A DNA stretch of 64,000 bases from an uncultured delta proteobacterium (GTDB lineage Bacteria; Myxococcota_A; Polyangia; Polyangiales; JAFGIB01): contig CAVZVA010000009.1 in the NCBI GenBank assembly GCA_963778655.1, positions 1 through 64,000 on the forward strand, in the 5' to 3' direction. Shown piece by piece: positions 61,674-64,000 of this stretch (its first letter is position 1; each line of letters starts with the position of its first letter). The position numbers and the translations under genes are program-made. Under the pieces are notes generated by a model. It was not told the DNA's origin. It did not search any database and was given only the letters and a program-made list of their open reading frames with translations.

Positions 61674-62311
61674 GCCGCTCCGATCGGCGTCGGTCGCACG
61701 TAGAGCGCAAGGAGCGCGTCGACCTCCGGGTCCCCGGTGAGGCTCGCCGACGCCGAGGCCTTTGAGGGGTCTAGCCTGTAGCTCTGGTCGCGCGTCCGCT
61801 CCTCGATGATGCGCCAGCGACTGCGTGCCTCGAACGAGGCGTCGTCGGCGAGCGGCGCCATCGAGCGCAGGACGAGGAGCATCGTCGCGCGGCGGATCGC
61901 GGGCGGCGTGCGCCCCGTGAGCGTGCCGTCGTACTCGGTGAGGCCCCAGAGCCCCTCTGCCACCACGTTGCCGTGGCCGCGCGGGAACACGCGCCCGTGG
62001 CGGCGCGTGAAGCGCGGGCCGTCGAAGCCAGGCTGGACGGGCGCGCCGACGACGAGCAGCTCGCTCGGGTCGAGCGACAGCTCAACGGTGCCGAGCAGGA
62101 GCCGGTCCACGCGGATCGGCGGCACCGGAAGCTCGATGCTCGGGGCGCCGCGCCCGGAGAGATGCAGCGTCAGCACGCGCGGCTCGAAGAACCAGCCCGT
62201 CACGCGATCGATGAGCCGCGACGCCTCGTCGAGCAGCAGCTCGAGGCGTGCGTCGCTCGCCTCGGCCGCCGTCACGCCTTCGGCGCGCAGGTCGGCAACC
62301 GAGGCGTACAC
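61670..62311 (-). CDS. Head-tail connector/adaptor protein
   Basis: YASVADLR...[15 protein letters not shown]...[11 protein letters not shown]...[13 protein letters not shown]. Confidence 0.8.
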   Translation of the reverse strand: MYASVADLRAEGVTAAEASDARLELLLDEASRLIDRVTGWFFEPRVLTLHLSGRGAPSIELPVPPIRVDRLLLGTVELSLDPSELLVVGAPVQPGFDGPRFTRRHGRVFPRGHGNVVAEGLWGLTEYDGTLTGRTPPAIRRATMLLVLRSMAPLADDASFEARSRWRIIEERTRDQSYRLDPSKASASASLTGDPEVDALLALYVRPTPIGAA

Positions 62312-62312
62312 G

Positions 62313-62708
<396 letters not shown>

Positions 62709-62721
62709 GGCTCAGTTCTCC

Positions 62722-63661
<940 letters not shown>

Positions 63662-63686
63662 GGGCGCGGGCTCCTTCCGGCGGGGT

Positions 63687-64000
63687 TCAGAGGTCGTGGA
63701 AGGAGATCGCCTTGTCGACGCTCTCCCGGTCCTTGGGCTTGTTGAGATCGAGCGGCCATCCCACGTCCTCGACGGTGGCCTTCGACATGCGCTCCGCGGG
63801 CGCGGCGCTGTTCGGCAGTCCGAACTGCTTCTCGACGCGCCCGAGCCGCTGCTGTTGCTCCTTCACGGTCTCCGACAGCGCGCGGAACGAGTCGGCGAGC
63901 TTCGCCAGCGACTCGGTGACGCTCGGCGTCCCCGTCGCGGGCGAGTCCTTGGCGGCCAGCGCCGGCTCCGGCTGTGCCGGCGCCTCGGTCTGCGTGGAGG
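63687..64000 (-). CDS. C-terminal part of probable scaffold/protease protein
   Basis: Open frame ...[31 protein letters not shown]...DKAISFHDL*, coiled coil, immediately upstream of the capsid gene. Confidence 0.55.
   Translation of the reverse strand, partial: STQTEAPAQPEPALAAKDSPATGTPSVTESLAKLADSFRALSETVKEQQQRLGRVEKQFGLPNSAAPAERMSKATVEDVGWPLDLNKPKDRESVDKAISFHDL

Overview
High-GC window (Myxococcota-like by inference) that appears to be entirely mobile/accessory DNA, in three blocks. (1) 1-6.6 kb, + strand: end of a replication/integration module (SF2 helicase, primase-helicase fusion, DUF2924, large serine recombinase, HTH genes). (2) 6.6-34.3 kb, + strand: defence island. It has a DISARM-like trio (DUF1998 helicase, SNF2 helicase, N6-adenine MTase), an SMC-like ATPase broken by an intact IS3, an HNH nuclease and Mrr. 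It also has a tightly coupled six-gene operon, TIR-SLOG / TIR / Nmad2 / MazG / TIR / aGPT-Pplase1, which is the best candidate for an undescribed system, then DUF429 and an AbiJ-like nuclease. (3) 34.3-64 kb, - strand: contractile-tailed prophage from scaffold/capsid through tail, baseplate, fibre and lysis, ending in an array of small promoter-gene cassettes (amidoligase, two GGCTs, DUF6900). Two bipartite DNA motifs read directly from the sequence organise the element. CCTTG(C/G)-N20-TG(T/C)ATG heads five small-gene cassettes and also the distant DUF2924-recombinase operon. GTCCCC-N16/17-GGCTTTGCC occurs five times in the structural region, always 5 nt before a start codon or a GGAGG. Nine single-base frameshifts in otherwise intact genes suggest long-read errors. 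Family names come from motif recognition only; no searches were run.
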